DNA of 64,000 nucleotides from Actinomycetota bacterium (GTDB taxonomy: Bacteria > Actinomycetota > AC-67): positions 2,122-66,121 of the forward strand of contig JBBDRM010000155.1 in NCBI GenBank assembly GCA_040905475.1. Direction: 5' to 3'. A program made the position numbers and the translations under genes. Position 1 is the first letter of the stretch. Each line of letters starts with the position of its first letter. Below the pieces are notes generated by a model. The model was not told the DNA's origin. It did no database searches and saw only the letters and a program-made list of their open reading frames with translations. This document shows, in pieces, positions 39,483 through 49,392 of this stretch.

Positions 39483-40172
39483 GTGGCGAAAGCCCGAACG
39501 AACACGGTCCCGCCCGTAGACCGCGACTTCATCCAGAGCCACACGACCGAGGTCGCACTCCGGGACGGCACGCGCGTCCGCCTTCGGCCGGTGCTTCCCG
39601 GGGACAAGGCTAAGCTGGTCGAAGGCTTCAGACGGCTTTCGCCTGAATCGCGGTATCGCCGCTTCCACGGCGGCGTATCGCGTTTGACGCCCGCGCTTCT
39701 CCGGTATCTCACCGAGGTCGACTACGACAACCATTTCGCCTGGGCGGCGCTCGCCGTGGACGAGCCGAGCGAACCGGGCATCGGCATCGCGCGCTACGTA
39801 CGACTCGCCGAGGATCCTGGGGCGGCGGAGGCCGCCGTGACCGTGGCCGACGATTATCAGGGCCGCGGCCTCGGCACCTTGCTACTCGAGATGATCGCGC
39901 TGACGGCACTGGAGCACGGCATCCGCCGCTTTCGGTCGTACGTCCTGGTCGAGAACGCGCCGATGATCGGCATCCTCACGAGGGCGGAAGCGCGTCTGGA
40001 ACCGGATTCACCGGGGGTTCTGCGCGTCGATCTCAACCTGCCGGACGAGGTTGAGCTTCTGAGATCGACGACGCTGTATGAAGTGCTTCGAGCCGTCGCG
40101 CGCGGGGAGCCGCCACCCCGAACGCGGGCGTGGCCGCTGGGACGGCTGATCCCCGGAGACGACACCCGTTGA
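39483..40172 (+). CDS. GNAT-family N-acetyltransferase
   Basis: Acetyl-CoA binding motif (VADDYQGRGLGTLLLEMIALTALEHG); GTG start. Confidence 0.75.
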   Translation: MAKARTNTVPPVDRDFIQSHTTEVALRDGTRVRLRPVLPGDKAKLVEGFRRLSPESRYRRFHGGVSRLTPALLRYLTEVDYDNHFAWAALAVDEPSEPGIGIARYVRLAEDPGAAEAAVTVADDYQGRGLGTLLLEMIALTALEHGIRRFRSYVLVENAPMIGILTRAEARLEPDSPGVLRVDLNLPDEVELLRSTTLYEVLRAVARGEPPPRTRAWPLGRLIPGDDTR

Positions 40173-40304
40173 GTCACGCACGTCGAGCAGGCGCCTCGCC
40201 GTCCGACCCTCGCGGAGGGGGCAGGTCGCCCCTTCTTCGAGCCGTCGGCGTCCGCAAGACTGGGGTATGGCTGAGCGGTTGCGTGGTAGTGAGAAGGAGG
40301 GTCG

Positions 40305-40751
40305 ATGATGGCGAGCGGCCGGATAGTCGTGGGCGTTGATGGATCCGAGGGATCTGCCGGCGCCATCCGATGGTGCGCCGATTACGGCGGGCGCCTCGGC
40401 TTCGAGATCGTTGCCGTGCACGCGCTCGCGCTGCCCGTCTACACGGAAGCCGTCCCGTTCGCATCCTGGCCGACCGAGGACAAGGAGTTCCGGGACAAGA
40501 TGCTGGCAACCGTTCGCGATGAATGGTGCGCGCCACTTCGAGAAGCCGGTGTCAAGTACGACGCTCTGCTCGTCGACGGGAGCGCTCCTTGGATGTTGAC
40601 CGATGTCGCCGACCGTGAGGACGCCGACATGATCGTCGTCGGCAGCCGGGGGCGGGGTGGATTCGGCGAGCTGCTCCTCGGAAGCACGAGCCACCAGCTG
40701 GCCCACCACTCGAAACGTCCGGTGGTGATCGTACCACCCGAACGCACCTAG
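40305..40751 (+). CDS. universal stress protein (UspA family)
   Basis: IVVGVDGSEGS N-terminus and ATP-binding C-terminal motif MIVVGSRGRGGFGELLLGSTSHQLAHHSKRPVVIVP. Confidence 0.85.
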   Translation: MMASGRIVVGVDGSEGSAGAIRWCADYGGRLGFEIVAVHALALPVYTEAVPFASWPTEDKEFRDKMLATVRDEWCAPLREAGVKYDALLVDGSAPWMLTDVADREDADMIVVGSRGRGGFGELLLGSTSHQLAHHSKRPVVIVPPERT

Positions 40752-40805
40752 ACACGAAGGATGGGGGACGGATCGTTCGATCGTCCCCCATCCGCTGTGC
40801 CGGGC

Positions 40806-41165
40806 TCAGATCTTGAGCAGCGTGCGCACCTTCGCCCCGCGCTCGAGCTCCTCTCCGATGCCCTCGCCGACAACCAGGTAGTCGACCTTGAAGTGCTCCA
40901 GGAGGTAGTGGGCCTTCCCGAGGTTGGAGTCATACTCCTCGTCCTGCTCGATACGAGCGATCTCTTCTGCGGGGCCCTTGACGATCATGAAGCCCTGCTC
41001 CTGGTTGAAGTCGCCCGTCTTGAGAAGGAACGGTTCGAAGTACGTCACCTTCGCGTCGGCCATCTTCTTGCCGAAGTACGTCGTGACATCTGCGAAGAGG
41101 TCGAGGGCCTGCGCCTCTCGCCCCGGCACCAACTTGCCCCATGTGAAGCGGATCGCTGTCTCCAT
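40806..41165 (-). CDS. hypothetical protein
   Basis: 119 aa from METAIRFTWG...; coding-like codon bias; no family recognised. Confidence 0.45.
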   Translation of the reverse strand: METAIRFTWGKLVPGREAQALDLFADVTTYFGKKMADAKVTYFEPFLLKTGDFNQEQGFMIVKGPAEEIARIEQDEEYDSNLGKAHYLLEHFKVDYLVVGEGIGEELERGAKVRTLLKI

Positions 41166-41248
41166 GGCTTCCTCCTTCCCCACCATCGCCGGCCACTCGC
41201 CGTTCACCTCCTCGGAGCGGCCGGAACGAGCGTGTCACCTCCATCCTG

Positions 41249-42451
41249 CTATGCACGATCGACGGCAAACCGTCCTTCTCGGCCCTGGTTTGCGATTGCG
41301 GGCAGACGGAAGCGCAACAACGCTCCAACGGTGTGCCCTCGCAGCGGCGTGTCGGCGAAGACATGCTCGACAGCGCTGCCGCCCTCGATAACTGCTCGCG
41401 CGACATGGTCGACGACGTCCGCGCTCGTGCGAGTACTTGCTCCGCATCGCGGACAGGGGTTCTCTGAGAGGCCGAGCCACGCGCACGCATCGCACACGAC
41501 GCCGGCAACGGTGGCGCCGTCGTCGGCCAGGAGAACGTCGATGGCCCGGGCGTTCGCCGCGTCCAGAGTGGCACGGACACCAACCACCCCGAGGCCGCCG
41601 CGCCGCTCCCGGTCGAACAGCTCATCGACGATGCGACACTCGAGGGATCGCTCGAACGCCTCCTCGAGCTTGGTGCACCGTTCCTTGATGACGGCCGTGG
41701 TGGCGGTGTGCGGATCGACGTGGAAAGTCCCGGCCACGAGATCGGCGAGCCAGGAAGGGAGGAACGGGACGAACTCCTCAACGCTCCCCCGGTGACCCCC
41801 CAGCAGGAGCATGTCGAACCCCCGCTCTTCGAACAGCTCGGCGATGAGGGCCGCCGTCTCGCGGTAGTGGCGGTGCGCGACCTCTTCAGAATGGCGGTAG
41901 GCGCCGTATTCGGCCAACCCGTACCAGCCACCGAAGTTGCTGATAAGGCGTCCTTCTTGAACCGTTTCGTGCCAGGCCTCGAGCTCGCCCATGTAGAACT
42001 CGAGGATCCGCGCTCGGCGCCGGTCGACGACGACCGCGCAGTAGCGGTGGAACTCGTCGAGAAGCGCATCGAGCGGACGCATGTAGGGCTTCGCATCCGC
42101 CACGGCCACGTCCCATAGCTTTCGCGGCAAACTCAGGTACTCGAGGAAGCCCACCTGGGCGCACGAGAAGATCGCTACCCCATGACCGATCTCGGTTGTG
42201 ACGCGCTTCTCGAGATCCATCACCGCGTCGATGTCCTTGCGCAAAGACATGGACGCTCGTCGGTCGAGCGACCTCGAGGCATCCCGGATCGGCTTGAGCA
42301 TGTCTCTGAGGCGCGCTCCGACGGATCGCGGCTCTCGGATGTCCGGACCGAGATTCAGATACACGGAGAGAACGGGGAGCGAGTTTCCCCGGAATCGGCG
42401 GATACGGTCGACCGTCTCCTGCGTCAGCATCGGCGACTCCCTCTCCGGCAT
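41249..42451 (-). CDS. hypothetical protein with C-terminal zinc ribbon (possibly baeRF-type release-factor-like family)
   Basis: 400 aa; C-terminal CDACAWLGLSENPCPRCG four-Cys ribbon; overall size and layout similar to actinobacterial aeRF1-like proteins; family assignment is inference only. Confidence 0.5.
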   Translation of the reverse strand: MPERESPMLTQETVDRIRRFRGNSLPVLSVYLNLGPDIREPRSVGARLRDMLKPIRDASRSLDRRASMSLRKDIDAVMDLEKRVTTEIGHGVAIFSCAQVGFLEYLSLPRKLWDVAVADAKPYMRPLDALLDEFHRYCAVVVDRRRARILEFYMGELEAWHETVQEGRLISNFGGWYGLAEYGAYRHSEEVAHRHYRETAALIAELFEERGFDMLLLGGHRGSVEEFVPFLPSWLADLVAGTFHVDPHTATTAVIKERCTKLEEAFERSLECRIVDELFDRERRGGLGVVGVRATLDAANARAIDVLLADDGATVAGVVCDACAWLGLSENPCPRCGASTRTSADVVDHVARAVIEGGSAVEHVFADTPLRGHTVGALLRFRLPAIANQGREGRFAVDRA

Positions 42452-42705
42452 CCTCCGCCGAGGACCGGAATCGCGGCAGAGGCGAGCGGCCTACAACCGG
42501 GGGGACCCCCATGCTCCTTCTTGGTCACCCGTGACCCAAGATGCTCTCCGCACCGACGAGCCTGCGGGAGCGTGATGTTCGTCCGGCTTCCTTCCCCGGT
42601 CGCGGCGCGAGCAAGCGGCCCGAGTGCGGCAGGACCATCGGCCCTGCAGCTACCTAGCCGGTCGGGACTACGTTCGACTCGGGAACGATCCGGAGGGGGG
42701 AGGAT

Positions 42706-44079
42706 ATGGGCAAGCGCATCCGATTCCCGATCGCAGTGACCCTCCTCGCACTAGTCCTGGCCGCGTGCGGAACGCGCGTCGACAAGGAGGCCTATCTTGC
42801 GGCGCTGCGCCGGCAGCTCCAGGCCGGAGCTCAGCAAGGCGGCGGCCCCGCCGCCACGGGCGGCCCGACTCGGCCCGGCGGCCCGGCGGCGACCGCGACG
42901 ACCGGCGGATCGGCGACGAACACCGGCAAAGGCGGGACCGGTTCGACCGGCGGTTCATCCGGCTCCAGCGGTTCGGACGCGGAGAAGCTCAAACTCTCGA
43001 CGGCGGTCGCCGGTAACGTCATCTCGATCGGCATGCACATCCCGCTCACCGGTGCGGCGCCGCTGCCGACGAACTTCTCCGACGTGGTCGATGCCGTCGA
43101 GGAGTACTTCAACGCCGAAGCGAAGATCAACGGCCGAACCGTCCGGTTCATCATCGAGGACGACGGCTACGATCCTGCCAAAGGCGCCGCTGCCTGCCGC
43201 AAGCTCGCCGAAGCGAACCCTCTATTCGTGATCGGCCACACGATGCCGGCCGTGCAGGACACGTGCGCGGGGCTCTTCAACTCGCGCCGTATCCCCTACC
43301 TGATGCGCGGAACCTACGAGGAGGTGCTGAAGAACCGGCCCCTGGCGTTCTTCGGGACGATCTCCGACGACCGTCAGGGACGGCTGCTGGCTCAGTACGT
43401 GATGAACCGGCTCGACGGGAAGAACCACAAGATCGCAGTCGTCTATCAGAACGATCAGACGGCCGCCTACGGTGCGTTCTCGTCGGAAGTGAAGGCGAGG
43501 GGGGGCAAGATCGTGGTCGCCGAGCAGAGCGCGCCGCGCCAGTCCGACTACGCCGCCACGGTTCAGAAGCTGCGCCAGGCCGGCGCCGACATCGTCTTCC
43601 TCTCGATGCCGCCCGTGGATGCCATCAAGATCTCCGTGCAGTCGCAAGGCGACGGCTACCATCCGACCTGGCTGAGCGGCGCCACCTATTGGAACTACAA
43701 TCTCTCCGTCCAGTCGGCGGGGATGGCCCTCGACGGCGCGATCGCCTTCTCGCCCTGGCCGACGATCGATTCCGCGGCCGCCAACTCCTTCACGGATATG
43801 TGGCGGCGCTACCGGCCGAACTCGGAACCGGAGGATCTCGGTCTGATCATCTGGGGTTGGGCGAACCTCGCGCGCAACGCCATGCTGGCCGCCGGCCCAC
43901 AGCTGTCGCGAGCGACGCTCTTCGACGCCTTGAATCGGTTCAGCTTCAACGAGACGTACTGGCAGTCGGTCACCTACACCGAGTCGAACCACAACGGCGC
44001 CACATCGGTCGCCGTTTTCCGAGCCGACGGTCAGTCGAAGCGGTGGCGGCAGGTATCCGGCTTCGCGTCGTCGTTCTGA
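42706..44079 (+). CDS. ABC transporter substrate-binding lipoprotein, branched-chain amino acid (LivK-like) family
   Basis: Lipobox LALVLAAC, Gly/Thr-rich linker, periplasmic binding protein type-I composition; good RBS. Confidence 0.85.
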   Translation: MGKRIRFPIAVTLLALVLAACGTRVDKEAYLAALRRQLQAGAQQGGGPAATGGPTRPGGPAATATTGGSATNTGKGGTGSTGGSSGSSGSDAEKLKLSTAVAGNVISIGMHIPLTGAAPLPTNFSDVVDAVEEYFNAEAKINGRTVRFIIEDDGYDPAKGAAACRKLAEANPLFVIGHTMPAVQDTCAGLFNSRRIPYLMRGTYEEVLKNRPLAFFGTISDDRQGRLLAQYVMNRLDGKNHKIAVVYQNDQTAAYGAFSSEVKARGGKIVVAEQSAPRQSDYAATVQKLRQAGADIVFLSMPPVDAIKISVQSQGDGYHPTWLSGATYWNYNLSVQSAGMALDGAIAFSPWPTIDSAAANSFTDMWRRYRPNSEPEDLGLIIWGWANLARNAMLAAGPQLSRATLFDALNRFSFNETYWQSVTYTESNHNGATSVAVFRADGQSKRWRQVSGFASSF

Positions 44080-44088
44080 GGGGCTCCC

Positions 44089-44943
44089 GTGATCGACTAC
44101 CTCGTCATCGGGATCCTCACCGGAGCCGCCTACGCGCTCCTCGCGGTCGGGTTCGTGCTCGTCTACAAGGGGACGCGGATCTTCAATCTCGCCCAGGGAG
44201 AGATCGGAGCCGTCGGCTTGTACGTCGCCTGGTCACTCCTCGGCCGTGTGCCCGTCGCGGTGGCAGCCGCGGTGGGTATCGTCGTTTCGGCAGTTACGGC
44301 ACTCGTCGTGGAGCGAACGATCGTCCGCCGGCTCGTCGGCGGCGCGCCGCTCGCGGCGCTCGCCTCCACACTGGGGCTGGCGCTGACGCTCGCCTACATC
44401 GAGGTGTTGATCTGGGGCGCGAACGTCCAGACGTTCCCATCGCCGGTCGGAACCTCATCCTTCCATCTCGGCTCGGCGACGATCACCGCGCCGCGGCTCG
44501 CCGCCCTGATCACGGCCGGCGGCGTCGCCATCGGCCTCGGCGTGTTCCTCCGCAGGACGCGCTTCGGGCTCGCCGTCCGCGCGGCTACCTCCGATCAGAG
44601 CCTCGCGAGAGTGTCCGGGGTTCCCGTCGGGCGAACGCGCGCGTTCGTTTGGACGCTCGGCGGTGCACTCGCCGGCGTGTCGGCCATCCTGCTCGCATCG
44701 GTGCTGACGTTCCACCCGCTTTCGAACACGCTCGTCCTCGTCCGGGCAATGGCAGGTGCGCTGCTCGGCGGTCTGACGAGCCTCCCCGGCGCCTTCGTCG
44801 GCGGGCTCGCCGTCGGTGTCGTGGAGAGCCTCGTGAAGTCACAAACGTCGATCTCGGGTGTCCCCGACGCGGCGATATTCGCGCTGATCCTCGGCACCTT
44901 GCTCATCCGGCCGGGAGGGATGTGGAGTGCGCGCGAGGCATGA
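44089..44943 (+). CDS. livH: branched-chain amino acid ABC transporter permease (LivH-like)
   Basis: 284 aa polytopic permease; GTG start after the substrate-binding-protein gene. Confidence 0.85.
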   Translation: MIDYLVIGILTGAAYALLAVGFVLVYKGTRIFNLAQGEIGAVGLYVAWSLLGRVPVAVAAAVGIVVSAVTALVVERTIVRRLVGGAPLAALASTLGLALTLAYIEVLIWGANVQTFPSPVGTSSFHLGSATITAPRLAALITAGGVAIGLGVFLRRTRFGLAVRAATSDQSLARVSGVPVGRTRAFVWTLGGALAGVSAILLASVLTFHPLSNTLVLVRAMAGALLGGLTSLPGAFVGGLAVGVVESLVKSQTSISGVPDAAIFALILGTLLIRPGGMWSAREA

Positions 44944-46783
44944 CCAAGCCGGCCGCGGCGGCCACGTCGACATCGGCGCGGTGCTGCTAACGCTGAGCGC
45001 CGTTGCCCTCGCCCTTTCCCTGCCCCGCATGGGCGCCTACCACCTCTTCGTCGTCGCGCTGATCGGGACCCAGGTGATCGCGGTCCTCAGCCTCAACCTG
45101 CTCATGGGATACGCCGGACAGGTTTCACTCGGCCAAGCCGCTTTCGTCGGGATGGGGGCCTTCGGCGCCGCCCAGTTCGCCGCATGGGGCATCCCCTTCC
45201 CGCTCACCATCGCCGCCGCGGCTGCGACCACCGCCGGGGCGGCCGCGATCGTCGGCCTTCCGAGCTTGCGCATCCGGGGACTCCAGCTCGCGGCGACGAC
45301 CCTCGCGTTCGGAGTCACCGCCGAGCTCCTTCTGTTCGCGCGCCCATGGGACCCCACCTCAACGGCGGGAGTCGCGATCCCGCGGCCCTCGATCATCGCC
45401 CTCGACCGGCCGTTCGCGCTCGCGGTCCTGAGCGCATTGGTGCTTGTGCTTCTGCTGGACCGCCGGGTCCGCCGGTCGCGGCTCGGCCGCGCGTTCCTCG
45501 CCGTCCGGGACCGCGAGGACACCGCAGCTGCGCGCGGCATCCCCGTCGGGCAGGTAAAGCTGGCGGCGTACGCGCTCAGCGGGCTCTACGCAGGCATCGC
45601 CGGAGGCTTCTACGCCTACCTGCTCGAGAGCGTCTCCGCGACGCCGTTCTCACTCTTCACCTCACTGTTCTACGTCGCCGCGGTGGTCATCGGCGGACTC
45701 GGCTCCTGGAAGGGCGCCGTCGTGGCAGGCGCCGTCCTGACCGCGCTGCCGGAACTTGGGCGCGGCGATCTCGTGACGTGGACCCCGCTCGCCGGTGCGG
45801 TGCTTCTCATGGTGATCCCGGTGTTGCGCCCCGAAGGCCTAGCCTGGCTGCTCGGCATACGCTTCGGCGGCAGACCCGTACCCGCCCCCGACGGCGAGCC
45901 TCTCCGAGACGGTTCGCTCGCACGTGTTCTGGCGGAGGATCGGCGTCGTCCCCTCGCGCGCGCGATGCCCGCCCGCACCCTCCTGGCTGCGGACGATGTG
46001 CACATCTCGTTCGGCGGGCTGCACGTGCTCCGGGGTCTGTCGCTGGAGGTCCGGCGCGGCGAGATCGTGGGGCTCATCGGTCCGAACGGCGCCGGCAAGA
46101 CGACGTTCTTCAACTGTGTCTCCGGGTTCCTCCGCCCCGAGGCCGGGCGACTCACGTATCGGGGCAGCGACCTGCTCGCGATCCCGAGCCACGGTCGCCC
46201 GGCTCTCGGGATCGTGCGGACGTTCCAGCAGGTGGGCTTGTCGCCGCATCAGACGGTCTGGGAGAACGTGCTTTCGGCGCAGCACGCTCGAGCCGCGTAC
46301 GGCGCCGCAGCCGGGCTCCTCCGTACACCGGGGGTTGCGCGCATCGAGAGCGATCTCGCGAGCCGCGCGGATGCGGCGCTCTCCCTGCTCGGGTTGCGCG
46401 ACGTCGCGTCGTACCGGGTCGGCAGTCTGGCGCACGGCCGGCAACGGCTCACCGAGATCGCCGCCGCGGTGGCGGCCGGACCGGAGCTTCTCGTGCTGGA
46501 CGAGCCGGGCGCCGGTATGGGTCCCGACGAGTCGGCCGAGCTCGCCGAGCGCCTGGCGGCGCTGCACGCCGATCTGGGCCTGACGATCTTCGTGATCGAG
46601 CACCACATGCCGTTGATCGCACGACTCTGCGACTACGTCTACGCGCTCACCGAAGGACGCGCGATGGCGGAGGGGAGCCCCGAGGAGGTTCAGCGCGACC
46701 CGGTCGTCGTCGCAACGTATCTCGGCGAGGAAGAGCACCAAGCTCCGCTCGGGTCGCCGGTGGAGGTGGCCGCCGGTGTCTAG
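44927..46783 (+). CDS. fused permease-ATPase (LivM-like permease plus LivG-like ABC ATPase)
   Basis: N-terminal about 330 aa polytopic permease; C-terminal ABC domain with Walker A GPNGAGKTT and Walker B LLVLDEPGAGM; signature motif degenerate (LAHGRQR instead of LSGGQ); overlaps flanking genes. Confidence 0.8.
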   Translation: MRARHDQAGRGGHVDIGAVLLTLSAVALALSLPRMGAYHLFVVALIGTQVIAVLSLNLLMGYAGQVSLGQAAFVGMGAFGAAQFAAWGIPFPLTIAAAAATTAGAAAIVGLPSLRIRGLQLAATTLAFGVTAELLLFARPWDPTSTAGVAIPRPSIIALDRPFALAVLSALVLVLLLDRRVRRSRLGRAFLAVRDREDTAAARGIPVGQVKLAAYALSGLYAGIAGGFYAYLLESVSATPFSLFTSLFYVAAVVIGGLGSWKGAVVAGAVLTALPELGRGDLVTWTPLAGAVLLMVIPVLRPEGLAWLLGIRFGGRPVPAPDGEPLRDGSLARVLAEDRRRPLARAMPARTLLAADDVHISFGGLHVLRGLSLEVRRGEIVGLIGPNGAGKTTFFNCVSGFLRPEAGRLTYRGSDLLAIPSHGRPALGIVRTFQQVGLSPHQTVWENVLSAQHARAAYGAAAGLLRTPGVARIESDLASRADAALSLLGLRDVASYRVGSLAHGRQRLTEIAAAVAAGPELLVLDEPGAGMGPDESAELAERLAALHADLGLTIFVIEHHMPLIARLCDYVYALTEGRAMAEGSPEEVQRDPVVVATYLGEEEHQAPLGSPVEVAAGV

Positions 46784-47522
46784 CCTTCTGCGCCTCTCTC
46801 ACGTCATCGCCGGCTACGGCTCCGCGACGGTTCTGCACGGGGTGGAGTTCGACGTGTCCGAGGGAGAGGTGGCGGTCATCCTCGGAGCGAACGGCGTCGG
46901 GAAGACGACCACGCTCCGGACCGTGTCCGGGTTGCTCCGACCGTGGAAGGGCACCGTGGAATTCGACGGGCATCGCCTCGATCGGATGAGCCCCGAGAAG
47001 ATCGTCGGGCTCGGCGTCGGGCTCGTCCCCGAGCCACCCGCGATCTTCCGCGATCTGACCGCCTTCGACAATCTTCGTGTCGGTGCGTACCGGCTGGGTT
47101 CCGATCGCCGAACGTTCGAGCGGCGCGTCGAAGATGTCTTCGCCACCTTCCCGATCGTCGCCGAGCGCCGCGACCAACTGGCCGGACGGCTGTCCGGCGG
47201 CGAACAGCGGATGCTGGCCCTCGGGCGGGCGTTGATGGCCGCGCCGCGGATGCTGCTCGTGGACGAGGTTTCGATGGGCCTATCCCCACAGATGGTGTCG
47301 AACGTGTTCCGCCTCCTCGCAGGACTTCGGTCGCGCGGGATCACGATCTGCATGGTCGAGCAGAACATCTCCGCGCTGTCCATCGCCGACCGTGCTTACG
47401 TCATGGAGAAGGGGCGCGTCGTGCACGAGGCCCAAGGCGCGGATCTCGAACGGACGCGGGACGAGGTGGCCGGCGCGTACTTGGGCCGCTCCGCCGCCAC
47501 CGTGGGAGGGGGCCGGCCATGA
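46776..47522 (+). CDS. livF: branched-chain amino acid ABC transporter ATP-binding protein (LivF-like)
   Basis: Walker A GANGVGKTT, signature LSGGEQRML, Walker B LLVDEVSMGL. Confidence 0.85.
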   Translation: MSSLLRLSHVIAGYGSATVLHGVEFDVSEGEVAVILGANGVGKTTTLRTVSGLLRPWKGTVEFDGHRLDRMSPEKIVGLGVGLVPEPPAIFRDLTAFDNLRVGAYRLGSDRRTFERRVEDVFATFPIVAERRDQLAGRLSGGEQRMLALGRALMAAPRMLLVDEVSMGLSPQMVSNVFRLLAGLRSRGITICMVEQNISALSIADRAYVMEKGRVVHEAQGADLERTRDEVAGAYLGRSAATVGGGRP

Positions 47523-48892
47523 GACGCCGAGGCGCTCGCGCGTTCGGAGCGTTTGCGCTCGTGACGCTGGTCGCGGCAGCCCCGACGACATCTCCGCAGC
47601 GGGCGGACACGTACGCCGCCGCGTGGGCGGTCTGGATCACGACGCCGGCGAGCGACGTGATCCGGCTCGCGGCCGCGTCCGCGGAGACGGGATCGGCCGC
47701 GCACGCCGGTGGCGCTCCGGTCGGCGTCGGAGGCACGAGTCCACAACGGGCCGACGCGACGCCGGCAGAAACCGATCAGGTCGTGGCGCCCCTCGATTGG
47801 GCGGACCCGACCGAGAGCATGACCATCCGGGGCGGTTTCGCCGAGGCACATGCGTCCAGCGACACCGCTTCCGCCAGGGCGGGTCTGAGCACGGCGAGCG
47901 GGTCCGGCTTCGCGATGGCGAACCAGCTTCTCAGCGAGGAGCAGCAGACCCAGCTGCTGACGACGTGGGCGGACACGATGGCGGCCGTCTTCGCCCCGAT
48001 CAACGCCGCGCTCGAGAGACTCGGTCCTGCCCTCGCACTCGCCGGGCTGGTGGTGCCGCATCTCGATCCACCGCCGTCGGAAGGCTTCCTCGATGTCGCG
48101 CTCGTCAATCAGGTCTCGACCGCGGTCGACGTCTCATCGGCGCCGGGGATCGCGTCGGCTCGCGCGGAGACCGCTCTCGCGGCGGTGCGGCTGCTGGCGG
48201 GCTTCATCGAGGTTCAAGAGGTGAAAGCGACCGCTGTTTCGGAGGCGGTCGACGGAGCGGAGACGCGAAGGGCGACGGCGACCCTCGGAAGCCTCCGGAT
48301 CGCTGGAGTCGAGGTCGTCGCCGACACCGACGGCTTCCGCGTCGCCCGCAGCGACATCGTCGCACGCACCGTCCTCCAGCCGGCGATCGATCTGCTCGTC
48401 TCCACGATGGCTCGAACAGGCGTCACGCTGCGTGTCGCCGAGACGCGCTCGGCCGGGACGCTGCGCGAAGCCTCGGCACTCGAACTCGAGATCGCTTCGC
48501 CGGAGGGTTTGTTCTCCATCTCCATCGCGCACGCCGAGTCCGCGGCGCCGGTCTTCATTCCGCCCGGCGATGCCCCGACCACGGGGCCGGCCACGTCGCC
48601 GGCGCAGCCGCCGGCACCGCTCGTGCCCGTCACCACGCCGCCGATCGCTCCGGGCCGCGCGGCCACGATCCCCTCGCTCGCGCCGTCGACGCTCGCCGAG
48701 CCCTATGCCGGGCCGGTTACTTGGCGTCCGTCGCGAGCCGACGCACGCGCTCTGCGCACCACGTATCTGCTGCTTATCGTCGGCGCCCTGCTCGGGGCGC
48801 TGGCCTTGCCGATGATCGGACGTCCGACTTCGCGCCGCTCGCCTTCCGCGACGGGGCGGAGACGTCCACGGACCTCAGGAGGGATCCCATGA
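47519..48892 (+). CDS. secreted, C-terminally membrane-anchored hypothetical protein
   Basis: Signal peptide MRRRGARAFGAFALVTLVAAAPT; Ala/Thr/Pro-rich about 420 aa; C-terminal TM LLLIVGALLGALALPMI; ATGA overlap with livF stop. Confidence 0.5.
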   Translation: MRRRGARAFGAFALVTLVAAAPTTSPQRADTYAAAWAVWITTPASDVIRLAAASAETGSAAHAGGAPVGVGGTSPQRADATPAETDQVVAPLDWADPTESMTIRGGFAEAHASSDTASARAGLSTASGSGFAMANQLLSEEQQTQLLTTWADTMAAVFAPINAALERLGPALALAGLVVPHLDPPPSEGFLDVALVNQVSTAVDVSSAPGIASARAETALAAVRLLAGFIEVQEVKATAVSEAVDGAETRRATATLGSLRIAGVEVVADTDGFRVARSDIVARTVLQPAIDLLVSTMARTGVTLRVAETRSAGTLREASALELEIASPEGLFSISIAHAESAAPVFIPPGDAPTTGPATSPAQPPAPLVPVTTPPIAPGRAATIPSLAPSTLAEPYAGPVTWRPSRADARALRTTYLLLIVGALLGALALPMIGRPTSRRSPSATGRRRPRTSGGIP

Positions 48893-49206
48893 TCCAGCGT
48901 CGGTACCGACTGCTTGTCGCCTTGGCCCTCATGGGGGCCGGGGCCGTCGTCGCGTTCCTCGGCTATCTGGGCGTCAGCGCCGAGACCGAAGTGCCCTTCC
49001 AACTCCCGTATTTCGCGAGCGCCGGCATCGGCGCGTTGCTGCTCTTCGGCGCGGGCGCGACCATGCTGCTCTCCGCGCAGCTCGATACGGACCGCGAGCG
49101 TCTCGACGAACTCGAGGATGCGGTGCGAACCCTCGCCGATGAGATCGGCCGGCTGAGCGACGACCTCACGCCGACGCGTGGTCGTCGCGAGCGACGTTCC
49201 GCCTGA
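48889..49206 (+). CDS. small 2-TM membrane protein with C-terminal coiled-coil-like tail, hypothetical
   Basis: ATGA overlap with upstream gene; two hydrophobic helices then DRERLDELEDAVRTLADEIGRLSDDL. Confidence 0.45.
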   Translation: MIQRRYRLLVALALMGAGAVVAFLGYLGVSAETEVPFQLPYFASAGIGALLLFGAGATMLLSAQLDTDRERLDELEDAVRTLADEIGRLSDDLTPTRGRRERRSA

Positions 49207-49392
49207 CGCGACGGGATCGGACCGGCACGCCGCGACGTTGGAACTCGCTCGCCAGCTTGGCCGGGATCGGACGACACGCGCAGTTCAGGCACTTGTCCTC
49301 CCCGCCCAGGGCCGTCCGCCGCTTGCGCCCGGCCTCGGGCCGAGGAGAGACTGACGCCGTTCGCTTCAACCGATACCCGGCGCGGAGGCGAA

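Noticed and set aside
40208-40222. GGGGC-N5-GCCCC dyad upstream of the usp gene, superficially DosR-box-like
   Set aside because: Only 5-bp arms with non-canonical spacing; too weak to call
45184-49206. Very long plus-strand alternative-frame ORFs (45184-46989, 46943-48892, 47392-49206)
   Set aside because: Gly/Arg/Pro-rich nonsense translations overlapping well-supported transporter genes
49307-49320. 13-nt motif AGGGCCGTCCGCC shared between the hydrogenase upstream region and the inverted-repeat arm at 59331
   Set aside because: In 64 kb of 70% GC sequence, hundreds of identical 13-mers are expected by chance; not significant without further copies
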